A stretch of 64,000 nt of DNA from IMG/VR virus record IMGVR_UViG_3300030099_005086, positions 46,740 through 110,739 of that record; one strand, 5' to 3'. The position numbers and the translations under genes are program-made. The stretch is from a virus. The number at the start of each line of letters is the position of its first letter. Position 1 is the first letter of the stretch. This document shows, one piece after another, positions 29,926 through 40,667 of this stretch. The notes beneath the pieces are model-generated. The model did no database searches and was not told where the DNA came from. It saw nothing but the letters and a program-made list of their open reading frames with translations.

Positions 29926-31581
29926 TTAGAATGATCCTCCTGTAATAGGATTCTTCATCACAATCTTAAGAACTTTAGTTGGGTCCTTCACCCATACAGC
30001 AGGCATGGTTTGAGTCATATATACTCTATAACCATTAAACTGTCCTGTAGAAGCAAATCCTTGTGTACGTCCCATATAGTCCATAGTACCATTTTGATAG
30101 AACCACTTTAATTGGTTATCCCAAGAAAGTTTCAATAAGAACAAGTTATCTTGTACATTATCAGTAATATCAAAGATAATAAAACTATAAGATGAAAGTG
30201 GACGTCCATCAATTAATGGATTCTCTACATCATTAGTATGTAAGTTATCAAATGCAGGATTCAATACAAATCTAATATTTGCTAAGAATGGAATTACATA
30301 AGATGTAAATGCATATCCAAATCCTAAATCCATAGGATCACCTTTAACAATACCTAAAGCATCTGCATTAATAGTACCTGCACTACCAATACCACTATTA
30401 TTGTAGCTAAATGCAGATCCAAATGTAGCAGCTTCTTTACGGATTGCTTCATTGATTAATTTCATACCACCCATACCAGTTTGTACAACTAATGTACGAC
30501 CTGGATCTGGACCTTCTAATTCAACTTTACCTTGATAGAAGTTATATAGTTCATTCTTGAACATTTCAAGATCAAATGAAGACTTGTTATAAACTCTTTT
30601 GTAAGAGTTATCTAATTGTCTCCAAAGACCAACAGATAATCTAATATCATCTGGACCATCTTGTTTAACTCTACCACCAGCACCCCACATTAAGTATGTC
30701 TCAATGTCGTTTGCAATTTTAGTTAAGTGAGCTGCTTCAAGACCAGTAAGGAATGTTCTAGTCAAAGAACCATTATCAAACGCACGTCTGATATAATCTT
30801 TACCCATTGCACCAACCATATCAGTTAGTGTAGTAATTGAAGGATCCATGTTTTTATCAAAGTTTCTCCAAATTTCAGTAACAGGTACAGTACCATCAGC
30901 ATTCATTCCACCTTTAAGCATTAAATCTGCTCTAGAAGAAATAGAATAATGTACGTGTGCTTCTGCTCCTCCTACAAAGTTGTAGAACTCACGGAAACCA
31001 GCACCTGTTTGAATATCAGAAAATCTTTCACCGTACTCACCTCTTGCAGAACCTTTTCTGAAGAACTTAGTACCCATTGTTAAATATTTAGTTGCATCTA
31101 AAGTTGTACCATTAGAGTTGTTTACTAACTGTACAGTATAGATGAAACCATCACCTGCAGGAAGAATATCATCCGCTGTGATGTAAAGTTCAAGTCCATT
31201 ATACTTATCATAAGTAATAATGTCCCCATGACCAAAAGCACGTTCAGATAATTTAATTCTAAAAGGTACACCGTCTGCACCTAAGTCATTAACACCTGAA
31301 ATGTTGCCCATACAATATGGTAAGTCTTTAGAGACAGGTGTCTGCCACTTATACTCACCTCTAGCATTGTCCACCTCAATTGTATTCTGTCCACCAAAGC
31401 TAGACATCTGATACAAAGGCATTTCTACCTTTTGTGTCATTGCCCATAGATCAACAGGACCAAAATCCATTGGCTCTGCTGTTCCTAGCATGTTAGCTAA
31501 GTGATATGAATCAACGTGGGAACTTGCTTTGTAGCTTGTATCTCTTAGAAACAAGCCGTTGTTTAAAACTGGAGTTGCCAT
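29926..31581 (-). CDS. Major capsid protein (crAss-like, HK97 fold)
   Basis: 551 aa. Portal-scaffold-MCP gene order; motifs VQTGMGG, FVLNPAFD and VWVKDPT; followed by a strong terminator. Confidence 0.85.
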   Translation of the reverse strand: MATPVLNNGLFLRDTSYKASSHVDSYHLANMLGTAEPMDFGPVDLWAMTQKVEMPLYQMSSFGGQNTIEVDNARGEYKWQTPVSKDLPYCMGNISGVNDLGADGVPFRIKLSERAFGHGDIITYDKYNGLELYITADDILPAGDGFIYTVQLVNNSNGTTLDATKYLTMGTKFFRKGSARGEYGERFSDIQTGAGFREFYNFVGGAEAHVHYSISSRADLMLKGGMNADGTVPVTEIWRNFDKNMDPSITTLTDMVGAMGKDYIRRAFDNGSLTRTFLTGLEAAHLTKIANDIETYLMWGAGGRVKQDGPDDIRLSVGLWRQLDNSYKRVYNKSSFDLEMFKNELYNFYQGKVELEGPDPGRTLVVQTGMGGMKLINEAIRKEAATFGSAFSYNNSGIGSAGTINADALGIVKGDPMDLGFGYAFTSYVIPFLANIRFVLNPAFDNLHTNDVENPLIDGRPLSSYSFIIFDITDNVQDNLFLLKLSWDNQLKWFYQNGTMDYMGRTQGFASTGQFNGYRVYMTQTMPAVWVKDPTKVLKIVMKNPITGGSF

Positions 31582-31613
31582 AATTCAAATTTGTTATTAA
31601 TAATTAATTTAGT

Positions 31614-32912
31614 TTAAAATCTTTTAAATATATTTTTACCAGAGTTTCTAGAAAGTTTTTTTCTAGTATCCTTTGGTTCTACGGTTTTAGTGCTTGACTG
31701 TTTAGATGCTTGTGCAGTTTTTAATTTACGCACAGTTTTCTCTACAGCTGCTGTCTCACCTTTAGTCATAATCTGTGATTTATAAGAATCTGGGTCTGCT
31801 AATAACCACAATGCTTCTGAAATAAGACTATAATTAGGTTCAACAAATTGGTATTTTTCTAGTAAATGTCCTAACAAGTTAGTATTCTTCCCAGAAATAG
31901 AAGGATACTGAGGATTCACTAAACCGTTATATAACATAGATTGTACTTTCTTATCTATCTTAACATCATTTAGTTTACCTTCTTTTAATGTGTTATAAAC
32001 ATTTTCCATATAATCTTGTGATGCTTTTTGTTGTTGAGCTTTTTTCATCTCTTGCTCTTTTAATTTAGCAGCAACAACTTTTTCTTGCATCTTATCTAAC
32101 TTTGGTTTAAATTTCTTAGCTTGTTGTTCTAACTTACCAAGATCTTTCCAAAGTTCAATCTCTTCATCAATTTCTTCTCTATTACCATAACCCGTAGCAG
32201 CAAGATATTCTCTTATAATATACTCTTGATCATCTTGAGTTTTAACATTTAAATCTCTTGTTTCTTCTACTTGAGCTAATGTTTGAAACAAACTCTTTAA
32301 ATCTTGACCACCATCTGCTACATATTTTGCAGCTATTTGTAATTCTTGTGGTAAACTATTAAAAAACTGTGCAGGTGTTTCACGTCTAACAGCATTTGCT
32401 TTTTCTTCTAAGTTAGCTTCTATTAGTTCTTCCCAATCTTTTGCAGAATAATCTGATAAATCTTTATCATCATCAAAACCAATTATCTTTTCATCTTTAA
32501 TTAATTTTGTAAATACATCTGCTATACCTTCAATTTTCTTTCTACCAGGTTTTTTCTTTTCTGTTTGTTCTTCTTCATCAATAGATAATATCTCATCTAT
32601 TTCTTCTTTTTTTACATCTACTTTTATTTCTTCTGTAGATTCTTCTTCAGTTTCTTCTTTAACTTCAGCCTTTTCATTTAGATCAGTAGCTTCATTCTGT
32701 GGCTCTTCAATTATTTTTTCTTCTTTAGGACCTTCATCATCTTCATTTAAAAAAGATAAATCTACTTTACCACCTCTTGAAAAAACATTTGGTTTACTCT
32801 TTTCCTCTTCAGGTAATGTAACTGAATCAGAAGTAACTACACCATCAAATATTTCATCAATGTTTACGTCTACTTCTTTAACTTTAGTTTCTATAACTTT
32901 TTCTTCTGCCAT
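31614..32912 (-). CDS. Putative scaffolding protein
   Basis: Highly acidic N-half, helical or coiled-coil body and basic C-tail; lies between the portal and the MCP. Confidence 0.6.
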   Translation of the reverse strand: MAEEKVIETKVKEVDVNIDEIFDGVVTSDSVTLPEEEKSKPNVFSRGGKVDLSFLNEDDEGPKEEKIIEEPQNEATDLNEKAEVKEETEEESTEEIKVDVKKEEIDEILSIDEEEQTEKKKPGRKKIEGIADVFTKLIKDEKIIGFDDDKDLSDYSAKDWEELIEANLEEKANAVRRETPAQFFNSLPQELQIAAKYVADGGQDLKSLFQTLAQVEETRDLNVKTQDDQEYIIREYLAATGYGNREEIDEEIELWKDLGKLEQQAKKFKPKLDKMQEKVVAAKLKEQEMKKAQQQKASQDYMENVYNTLKEGKLNDVKIDKKVQSMLYNGLVNPQYPSISGKNTNLLGHLLEKYQFVEPNYSLISEALWLLADPDSYKSQIMTKGETAAVEKTVRKLKTAQASKQSSTKTVEPKDTRKKLSRNSGKNIFKRF

Positions 32913-33024
32913 AACTATATTGGTTTTAATAATTAATACACATATAATATAATAAGATTTTTATTAATAAACCTTAAAAATTTTATTTTTATAAAAGATT
33001 TCTTGTAGTATATAGCTAACTATG

Positions 33025-35781
33025 TTATTCTTCTTCTGTATTAGAAGAATTAACATCATATTTGTTTTTATTCTCTCTAGCTATTTGTAGATTTTTATCT
33101 GCAATATCACGTTGAGTAGCAAGTCTTTCTCGTTCTATATTAATTTTTTCTTGACTATCAGAATTTTTTATTGCAGCCTGTTCTCTTTTAAAGTTCATCT
33201 GCTCTCTATATTGATCTCTTTGACGTATATCTTTCAATGCATCTTGATAATCACTCTGTAAATTTTGATTAATATCTACTTGAGCACCATAACCTGCAGA
33301 TCTAATTTCTGCAACAGTAATATCTTTTTGTATTTCTGCTTGAGACTTTTGCATTTCAAACTCACGTTCTGCAGCTTTTTCTTTAGCTTGTGCTTCTAAT
33401 TGTTGTTGCTGCATCTGTTGTTGTTGCTGCATTTGCTGCTGTCTTTGCATCTCTTGTTTATTCTCTGCATCTTTTAGTATATCAGAAACCTCAGCAATAG
33501 AATCAGCTTTTATTATATTACCTAAATCATATATACTTGCACCTGTAGTATTATTAGTTAATGCCATTTGTTTTAACTGATCAAGTATTGATCTATGATT
33601 TGTTTTTGTTGTAGCAAATACATTAAAGTCTCTTAATAATAAATCTGTACCATTTATAGTAAAGTTTACTTTTTCAGCTTCAGAAGACATATAGGTTAAT
33701 CTTACAGAAGGATTTGTACTATGATAATACTGTGCTAAATCAGTTCTCATTTGATGTACACGTGGCATTAAATGATCTGAGTGTTGTACAAAATATACTT
33801 CAGTTTGAGCATATGATTGATTTAAAGCTTGTGTTACACCTGTAGCAGTTTGTTGTCCAATAGGTGCACCAAGTCTTTGAGGATTAACTCCTATAGCATC
33901 AAATGCTTGTTGTTTAAAATAATTAGCTAATTGTATTCTAGACATTATTCTATTAGTCTGCTCTAGATTTAATGTTTGATAATGATTAAAGTTTGTAGCA
34001 TTTTCTGTATTTGTAATAGAAGTATCTAATGGTAACATACCAAAATCTTTCATAGCTACATATGCTTTTGCCATATTGTTCTTACCCCAATCTTCACCCA
34101 TAGAATGACGTGGTAATGCATTTTGATCAAACATAATTACAGTACCAAGTTCATCTACTAAAATGTCAGCTATCTGGTTATTAACCATATTATATCCTAC
34201 TTGATAAGGTTTCATAAGATCTACTAAAGAAGTTGATCTAGTGTTTCTATCAGAAAATACTCTACCTTCTATAGGTAATTTGCAACCATATAAATTATTA
34301 TCTCCTTTAAATTGAAAATGTAATCTACCTGGTTTCTTTTTATTTATACCTAAATATATAGGATGGAATCCGTCAACATCTTCTGATTTCCAATATGTAG
34401 GTAAGTTAGGACCAATCTTAATACCACCCCAAACTTCATTAATCCAAAAATAATCTACATGTTCACCTTGAATTAAATTATCTTTTGACTTTTCTTTAAA
34501 TAGATTTGTATTATAAATAGCTTTTTCAGTTATCTTGTAGTTTTCATCTACTATTTCTTGTATAACTTCTCCATCTTCAAGAACTCTAGTAAGATGTCCT
34601 ATTTTTCTTTGTGTTTTCCAATATACAGTAGTTACTCTAAGTAAATCTAAATCACCCCAATATCCTACATCATCACCTTCACTTAATATTTGATTTACAA
34701 TATCACCACCTACAGTAGGATCTTTATCCCAATTAGATATAAATTGTCTATATGCAAGTGATGGTGCACCTGTATTCCAAGCATGTGATTTATTTGCATC
34801 ATAGTATGAACCATCATTTTGATAACCATTAACTAAATATTTAGCACCTGCAGTAGGACGTATATTCTCTAATGATGTTAATTGTTCTTGTGTCATTAGA
34901 TAACCATAATTATCTATAACATCTGCAGGAGTCATCATATCACATTTACCTGCAAAGTTTCCTTCAGATATATATCTTGAATCTGGTGACTTATGATAAA
35001 AGGTTAATACAGGATTCCAAAGTTCTACTTCATAATCATCTTCTAACATTTTAAAATGCCAAAACTCTCTATCAGTAATAAGCATATCACGGAAACCTCT
35101 TTCCTCTAACTCATCTATTTTAAATCTTTCTACATCAACAATTGTTTGATGAGATGCCCACTCTTCTACTAAACTTCTATAATCTTTTGAAAAGAAATCT
35201 TCTATTTCAGGAAGTGATTTTAATTTTTCTGGAGCCAGTTCTTTTTTAAATTCTTCTTGATTAGGATCTAAACCCATATTAAGAAGTTCAACTGTCATTT
35301 TATTATAAGCATCTTTTAGTAAATTATCTTCAATAAGTGCTCTCTTTGCTTCAAGCATTTCATTATATGATAAATCATCTACTGCTCTAAATTGTACTTT
35401 ATGAAATCTTTTTGTAAACTCTCCAGTAAGAACATTTATTACATTAGGAATAATTGGATAAAATTTAAGTTCTAATGCAGATTCATCTTCTTTAGTTAAG
35501 ATGTCCATTAACTCTTTATACTCATTATTCTCTTCTACAATATAATCTGTCTTATCAATAATACCTTTTGCAAGTTTATAATTTTTAAGTAACTTGCGGG
35601 CATTACTTCTAAGATATTCCATACCTCTCATTTCTAACCAATCAAGATTCCAAGCTGCCCAGTTTTCATCTTTTTCTTTGTTAGAAATAAATTGTGTAGG
35701 TTGTGTTAAAGAGCTACTTGATATTTCATTACCTTTAACCTTAGCTCCTTTTTTTAACTGTAGTGCGTTATATAATTGCAT
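33025..35781 (-). CDS. Portal protein
   Basis: 918 aa, directly after TerL. Motifs YPIIPNVINVLTGE, SLVDLMKPYQ and GVNPQRLG; Q-rich coiled-coil C-terminus. Confidence 0.85.
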   Translation of the reverse strand: MQLYNALQLKKGAKVKGNEISSSSLTQPTQFISNKEKDENWAAWNLDWLEMRGMEYLRSNARKLLKNYKLAKGIIDKTDYIVEENNEYKELMDILTKEDESALELKFYPIIPNVINVLTGEFTKRFHKVQFRAVDDLSYNEMLEAKRALIEDNLLKDAYNKMTVELLNMGLDPNQEEFKKELAPEKLKSLPEIEDFFSKDYRSLVEEWASHQTIVDVERFKIDELEERGFRDMLITDREFWHFKMLEDDYEVELWNPVLTFYHKSPDSRYISEGNFAGKCDMMTPADVIDNYGYLMTQEQLTSLENIRPTAGAKYLVNGYQNDGSYYDANKSHAWNTGAPSLAYRQFISNWDKDPTVGGDIVNQILSEGDDVGYWGDLDLLRVTTVYWKTQRKIGHLTRVLEDGEVIQEIVDENYKITEKAIYNTNLFKEKSKDNLIQGEHVDYFWINEVWGGIKIGPNLPTYWKSEDVDGFHPIYLGINKKKPGRLHFQFKGDNNLYGCKLPIEGRVFSDRNTRSTSLVDLMKPYQVGYNMVNNQIADILVDELGTVIMFDQNALPRHSMGEDWGKNNMAKAYVAMKDFGMLPLDTSITNTENATNFNHYQTLNLEQTNRIMSRIQLANYFKQQAFDAIGVNPQRLGAPIGQQTATGVTQALNQSYAQTEVYFVQHSDHLMPRVHQMRTDLAQYYHSTNPSVRLTYMSSEAEKVNFTINGTDLLLRDFNVFATTKTNHRSILDQLKQMALTNNTTGASIYDLGNIIKADSIAEVSDILKDAENKQEMQRQQQMQQQQQMQQQQLEAQAKEKAAEREFEMQKSQAEIQKDITVAEIRSAGYGAQVDINQNLQSDYQDALKDIRQRDQYREQMNFKREQAAIKNSDSQEKINIERERLATQRDIADKNLQIARENKNKYDVNSSNTEEE

Positions 35782-35832
35782 AGTTTATTTCTATATTTCC
35801 ACAAGTTGTTGTTGTAATCCAGTAGTTTTCCA

Positions 35833-38016
35833 TTATCTAATATTTTTAAATCCTGATCTTCTTGGTCTAGAACTATACCTGGATCTACCACCTAAATTCC
35901 TAAAAGGACTCATATTTAATTTATACAAATTCTTAGACTTATCCAAGTTATTGTCTGATTCTTTTTCAATCCGTTTGCTATATCCTCTATTAGATTGTTG
36001 TATTTTAGCAAAAGCAACTAATGCAGCAAATGAAACTAATCTATCCACGTTTAATCCAGGATAATAAGCAAGCATTTCTGTTAATAGCATTTTATCTGGT
36101 ATTCTTTCTACACCTAATGTTTGTGATATAACTTCACCATTATCATCTAATTGTTCATCTATTGATTCTCTAAGAAATTCTATTGCATAAGATATTAAAT
36201 GATTTTTAAATAATGTACCAGTATTTTTCCAACCATACTCTTGATATACTGTTCTATTTGAACCAAGATCTTTTAAAAATAATACTTGTTGTTTTGGTAC
36301 AAGATATTTTTGTTTTCTTTTTGAAATCATATGTTGAATAAATAAAGATATATTGTTCTCTACTAATGTCCATGCATTATACCATTCAATAATCATTTCA
36401 AGTTGTTCATGTGTTTTATTTATATCATCATATCTACCACACCATGAAGCAACTATTTTATCTCTTTCTATAAAACTTTCTAATCCATTTTTAGTTTCTC
36501 TTGTAACTTCTACAGGATTCTTATAAACAAAAATACTACATAAAGAATCTGATGTAGTAGTTTTACCTTCTGACACAGGGTCAATAGATGCATAATAAGT
36601 ACCAAACTCTGGATTTTTTACAGGTCTTTCCCATACAACTAATACTCCAGTTTTATCTTCTCTTTTTCTATTTACAGGAAATTCAGTAATAGGTAGTTTT
36701 TTAGAACGTGTAGCTATAATACCTTTTTGATCTTTATCTAATTCAATAAATTCATATGGATATTTTTTTTCCTCTATTTGTTTTAATTGTTTAGATAAAA
36801 TACTTTGTGGAAAGATTGAAGCTTTTCTATAAGCAAATGCTTCTGCAATATTAACAGGTTTTTGTGATATACGTAATTGATATTGTTCTGGTGATAGTTC
36901 TCGTTTCCAATCTTTTCTTTCTTTGTGTATTGCTTCTAATGCTTCTTTAACTAAAGAGTTGCCATATTTATCAATATAAGGGGGCATAGAGTGCTGTTCA
37001 GGAATAAATAGACCTGCTATACCAATTGTACCTTTATCATCTAATAGATTAGTTTCTATAGCATATATATCATTAGCTTGTGGATTTAGTATCATATCTT
37101 TTAATGGATTACATTGTGTAAGATCACCCACTGATCCTGCAGCAATAAACATACCAGTTGTCATCATACCAGATGTCATTGCTGGTCTAATATATTCATA
37201 TGTTTGATCCATTTTAGGTGCAATACCTGCCTCCTCATGAAAAAAGAAAGTACATGGTCCACCTACTCCAGTTGTTGCATTTTTTTCAAAAGAAGCTCCT
37301 TGTATCTTAGACATAAGACCTTTGTTAGTTTTTCTATTATTTATTCTAACTTCTATCTTCTGTTCCCACAATAATACTTTTTCTGGTGTACATGGTCTAT
37401 ACCAAGCTGTATGCTCATTAAGAAAAGTTTTATATTCATCTAAAAACTTCCATGAACCTTTATCATTAATATAATCTTTTAATGATGCACCTATTTTACA
37501 TATAGATCCCTCTTCAAACCAAAACTGATTTATAATCTTACCCATATGAAAGTATGAAGATGCTATCTGTCTTTTTTTAAGAATAGCTGCATGCTTGTAA
37601 TTTAATTCAGCAAGTAACTCATATAATGCCATATGATATTGTGCATCTCTAACTTTAGCAAATCCGTACTTTTTTTCTTCTTTATCAAAGATTGGTAAGA
37701 AGTTTAACCACATATAATAATCTCTTGTTAAATACCATATATGTTTATCTCCATAAAAGATAACTCCTTCTCTACATTTTTCTTTTTCTTTATTCCAATA
37801 ATTTATAAAGTCTTTTGATCTAAATGGTTTATCACAATAAAAACCATTAGTATTAAAATTTTTTGCTTGTTCATTAAATAGCAAAGCAGTATCATCAAAC
37901 TGATACTGCCCTGGTTCTCTAAATAAAGTATTTAAAAATTTTATAAAACTTTCTTTAGTTTCAAATTCTTTATAAATCCATTCACCATCTTTATATGTAG
38001 GAATTTTTTTAAACAT
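35833..38016 (-). CDS. terL: Terminase large subunit
   Basis: Walker A variant LKKRQIASS, Walker B FFHEEAG, nuclease motifs ASIDP and LVENN, and NVDR near the C-terminus. Confidence 0.9.
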   Translation of the reverse strand: MFKKIPTYKDGEWIYKEFETKESFIKFLNTLFREPGQYQFDDTALLFNEQAKNFNTNGFYCDKPFRSKDFINYWNKEKEKCREGVIFYGDKHIWYLTRDYYMWLNFLPIFDKEEKKYGFAKVRDAQYHMALYELLAELNYKHAAILKKRQIASSYFHMGKIINQFWFEEGSICKIGASLKDYINDKGSWKFLDEYKTFLNEHTAWYRPCTPEKVLLWEQKIEVRINNRKTNKGLMSKIQGASFEKNATTGVGGPCTFFFHEEAGIAPKMDQTYEYIRPAMTSGMMTTGMFIAAGSVGDLTQCNPLKDMILNPQANDIYAIETNLLDDKGTIGIAGLFIPEQHSMPPYIDKYGNSLVKEALEAIHKERKDWKRELSPEQYQLRISQKPVNIAEAFAYRKASIFPQSILSKQLKQIEEKKYPYEFIELDKDQKGIIATRSKKLPITEFPVNRKREDKTGVLVVWERPVKNPEFGTYYASIDPVSEGKTTTSDSLCSIFVYKNPVEVTRETKNGLESFIERDKIVASWCGRYDDINKTHEQLEMIIEWYNAWTLVENNISLFIQHMISKRKQKYLVPKQQVLFLKDLGSNRTVYQEYGWKNTGTLFKNHLISYAIEFLRESIDEQLDDNGEVISQTLGVERIPDKMLLTEMLAYYPGLNVDRLVSFAALVAFAKIQQSNRGYSKRIEKESDNNLDKSKNLYKLNMSPFRNLGGRSRYSSRPRRSGFKNIR

Positions 38017-38287
38017 CTTCTAGAATAGCAATTACATATCCTTCACTAATAATTAAATGTTTTTCTCCTTGATGATCAAATTCATATTCATCATTGTTTG
38101 TCATTGGCCATTGAATAAAATCACCAACTTTAATTTCACCACTACACTCTCTACCACATGCTACAACATGTCCTTGAGGTTTTTGTAATTGTTGTTGTTC
38201 AGGTAAATAAATACCACTTGCTGTTTTAGTTTCAATTTTAACAGGTTTAACTAATAATTTTTTACCTACAGGTTTTACACTTTTCAT
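38009..38287 (-). CDS. groES: GroES-like co-chaperonin
   Basis: KPVGKKLLVKP...KTASGIYLP...G.VVA.G...IKVGD...ILE matches the Cpn10 pattern. Confidence 0.9.
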   Translation of the reverse strand: MKSVKPVGKKLLVKPVKIETKTASGIYLPEQQQLQKPQGHVVACGRECSGEIKVGDFIQWPMTNNDEYEFDHQGEKHLIISEGYVIAILEDV

Positions 38288-38306
38288 AATTTAATTTAAT
38301 TTAGTT

Positions 38307-38825
38307 TTATAATTGATCATATGCTAATCCTTGTCCACCACGGACTTGGCTTTTTTGTTCATCTTTCATATCATTGTAAGCACCTTTAAATGATTGTCTT
38401 ATTTGATCAAATTTAGCTGCTGTATTTACCAATGATGTTAGGTTACCATCTCTACCATGTTCAATAGATGTAGTTTCCATATATCTTGCTAATCTATCTA
38501 ACATAGATTTGATACCTTTATATGCTCTAAATGTTGGTGTTTGATATAAGTCTTCACAAAATCTTATTGCATTTCTAATAGATTCATCTTCTGGAGATTC
38601 TTCTAATCCTATTTCATCTATAATTATATCTTCTTTTTCATGCTCAGGCATATTAAAAAAAGGATTCATATCAGGATCAGGACATGTCATATAAAATACA
38701 AATAGATAAACTTGTAAATGAGTATCTGGATATTTATCCATTATATTCTTTAATGTTTTTAAAGAATAACAATGTTCTGATGGAATAACTTTACCATTTT
38801 GTACATCAAATAGTTTTGCTAACAT
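38307..38825 (-). CDS. Conserved protein upstream of the terminase (possible small terminase subunit)
   Basis: Helical 172-aa protein ending VRGGQGLAYDQL; assignment rests on position only. Confidence 0.35.
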   Translation of the reverse strand: MLAKLFDVQNGKVIPSEHCYSLKTLKNIMDKYPDTHLQVYLFVFYMTCPDPDMNPFFNMPEHEKEDIIIDEIGLEESPEDESIRNAIRFCEDLYQTPTFRAYKGIKSMLDRLARYMETTSIEHGRDGNLTSLVNTAAKFDQIRQSFKGAYNDMKDEQKSQVRGGQGLAYDQL

Positions 38826-39649
38826 TATAAATTATCTTTTAACCACATAATAAGACTAGTAACTTCATCTTTTAAATATGGTAAATTATACATCTTAATA
38901 TCTTCAATAATAGGTTCTCCATTCTCTACTTTATTTATTGGATAACCATATTTATCTTCACCTTCTTTTTCAAACTTAACATGTTGTATTTGCAACTTAC
39001 CAATTTTAAGTTTAGGATTATGCTTTTTAATTATATAAGCATATAAAGATAATTGTAAATTGTAGTGATTCAAATTACAATCTTCTAGATTATTAACAGG
39101 TTTAAACATTTTAGAAACAACACCTTCCCAGTTTTTAAAACCATTTTCTTTTATCTCTTTATTTGTTTTATAATCAAGAATATTTATATAACCATTTACA
39201 ATAGATACTAAATCTGCTTGTCCACATATACCTGCAGACTTAAGATATACAAAATGTTCTGGATATACACCTTCATCAAGCTTTTGATTTGGTGCAATCT
39301 TAATACCATTTTGATCTACTATAGGTCTAATTATAGGTACTTCTTTACCATCACGTTCAATAGTATTAAACTCACAAATATTTTCTTCTCTTTGATTATG
39401 ATACCAATTACCTAAAGATATAGCACGTTCAGTTTCATTATCCCATGCATTCATTATTTCTTTTGGTGTCATACCATACCACTTAGATCTTTTATTCTTA
39501 GAAGACTTTTTAGCTTGTCCTTTTTTATCAAACTTAGGTTTAAATTTACCTACAAAACTAGTTACACTAGTCCAAGTAATTTGATCTTTTTCTAAGTTTT
39601 CATCTAAGCTTTCATATACATGACCCTTTTCTTTAAATACTACTGCCAT
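38825..39649 (-). CDS. PD-(D/E)xK (Cas4/RecB-like) nuclease
   Basis: Motifs SVTSFV, G...H, ICGQADLV, ILDYKTN and YNLQLSLY. Confidence 0.85.
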   Translation of the reverse strand: MAVVFKEKGHVYESLDENLEKDQITWTSVTSFVGKFKPKFDKKGQAKKSSKNKRSKWYGMTPKEIMNAWDNETERAISLGNWYHNQREENICEFNTIERDGKEVPIIRPIVDQNGIKIAPNQKLDEGVYPEHFVYLKSAGICGQADLVSIVNGYINILDYKTNKEIKENGFKNWEGVVSKMFKPVNNLEDCNLNHYNLQLSLYAYIIKKHNPKLKIGKLQIQHVKFEKEGEDKYGYPINKVENGEPIIEDIKMYNLPYLKDEVTSLIMWLKDNL

Positions 39650-39651
39650 AA

Positions 39652-39966
39652 CTATTCTTTTAGACTCTCTCTTAATTTACTTTCATCCTCTTCAGATAAT
39701 AAAGCTTTCCAATATCCTTTAGGACATTCAGTTGATAATGCTCTAATTTTAAAAGATAATGTGCAACCACAATCTGAACAACAAGGTTGACTTCCTGGAG
39801 CTACACAATATGATCCTTCTCTATCTATAAATTTACACTGATCACATATCTCCCATCTATACTTTGCTATCTTTTCAATATCATCTGTTTTAAAAATATT
39901 ATTTTTTATACCTTCAAATATTTGATCAGCATTTTTAAATACGTTTAATAATTTATTTAATTTCAT
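39652..39966 (-). CDS. Small Cys-rich Zn-binding protein
   Basis: R..IC..C...C...C..CGC.L..K......CPKG.W pattern. Confidence 0.65.
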   Translation of the reverse strand: MKLNKLLNVFKNADQIFEGIKNNIFKTDDIEKIAKYRWEICDQCKFIDREGSYCVAPGSQPCCSDCGCTLSFKIRALSTECPKGYWKALLSEEDESKLRESLKE

Positions 39967-40312
39967 TTTTAAAATCTTTTTTTTCTTGAATTTGTTGTTC
40001 TAAATTATCTAAAGCATTTTCCATGCTATTAATTTTTTCTTTTATTGGTATATGTTTTGCATAACCTTTATACGTATTCTTTTCAATATTACCTAATATG
40101 TCTTTATTTCTCTTAATACTTTTTTTAAGTCTACCTAGTCTTAACTTAAATGTGCCTAAATTAGGTAAATAAATATTACTATGATTTAATTCAGATAATT
40201 GTTTTCTAACTTTACTATAAAAAAAAGATATAAAGTCTGATACTAAATCTTTATGTACATTGCATTCTTCTGCAATATCATCATAAAAGTCTTTATAATT
40301 CTTTGGTTTCAA
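39953..40312 (-). CDS. HU/IHF-like DNA-binding protein
   Basis: N-terminal helices followed by IYLPNLGTFKLR. Confidence 0.6.
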   Translation of the reverse strand: MKPKNYKDFYDDIAEECNVHKDLVSDFISFFYSKVRKQLSELNHSNIYLPNLGTFKLRLGRLKKSIKRNKDILGNIEKNTYKGYAKHIPIKEKINSMENALDNLEQQIQEKKDFKNEIK

Positions 40313-40667
40313 GACCTAATATTTTAAAATCTAATAATACAGTACCATCTGTTTGTATTTCAATATCAGGATTAATTTTAATATTCTTTTTATTATCACC
40401 ATTTTTTACAATAAGATTTTTTTTAGTAGCTTTTGTTACTGCATTTCTTACTGATTGTGGACTTTTAAATATTTTTAATTCTGATATATAATCACAAAAT
40501 TTAGTTAATTCAGATGACTTTAATTTAGCTAACTCAGTTAAACAATTTAAATCTGATTGACTTATTTGTATATCATTTAAAAAGCAGTAAGTAAGGAATT
40601 GATATTTTATAATATCATCCTTACCCACCTTAACTTTTTTTTCTACTTTAAAAACTTTCATATCCAA
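40293..40667 (-). CDS. Putative winged-helix protein
   Basis: FKSPQSVRNAVTKATKKNLIVK resembles a recognition helix plus wing. Confidence 0.45.
   Translation of the reverse strand: MDMKVFKVEKKVKVGKDDIIKYQFLTYCFLNDIQISQSDLNCLTELAKLKSSELTKFCDYISELKIFKSPQSVRNAVTKATKKNLIVKNGDNKKNIKINPDIEIQTDGTVLLDFKILGLETKEL

Noticed and set aside
33400-33455. Tandem CAG/CAA-type repeat
   Set aside because: It simply encodes the Gln-rich coiled coil of the portal C-terminus.
29926-38016. Introns or inteins in the MCP, portal or TerL
   Set aside because: Each is a single uninterrupted ORF of plausible length, with no intein or homing-endonuclease motifs seen.
38825-39649. Cas4 as a sign of a CRISPR-Cas system
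   Set aside because: It is a solitary PD-(D/E)xK nuclease common in phages, with no array or other cas genes.
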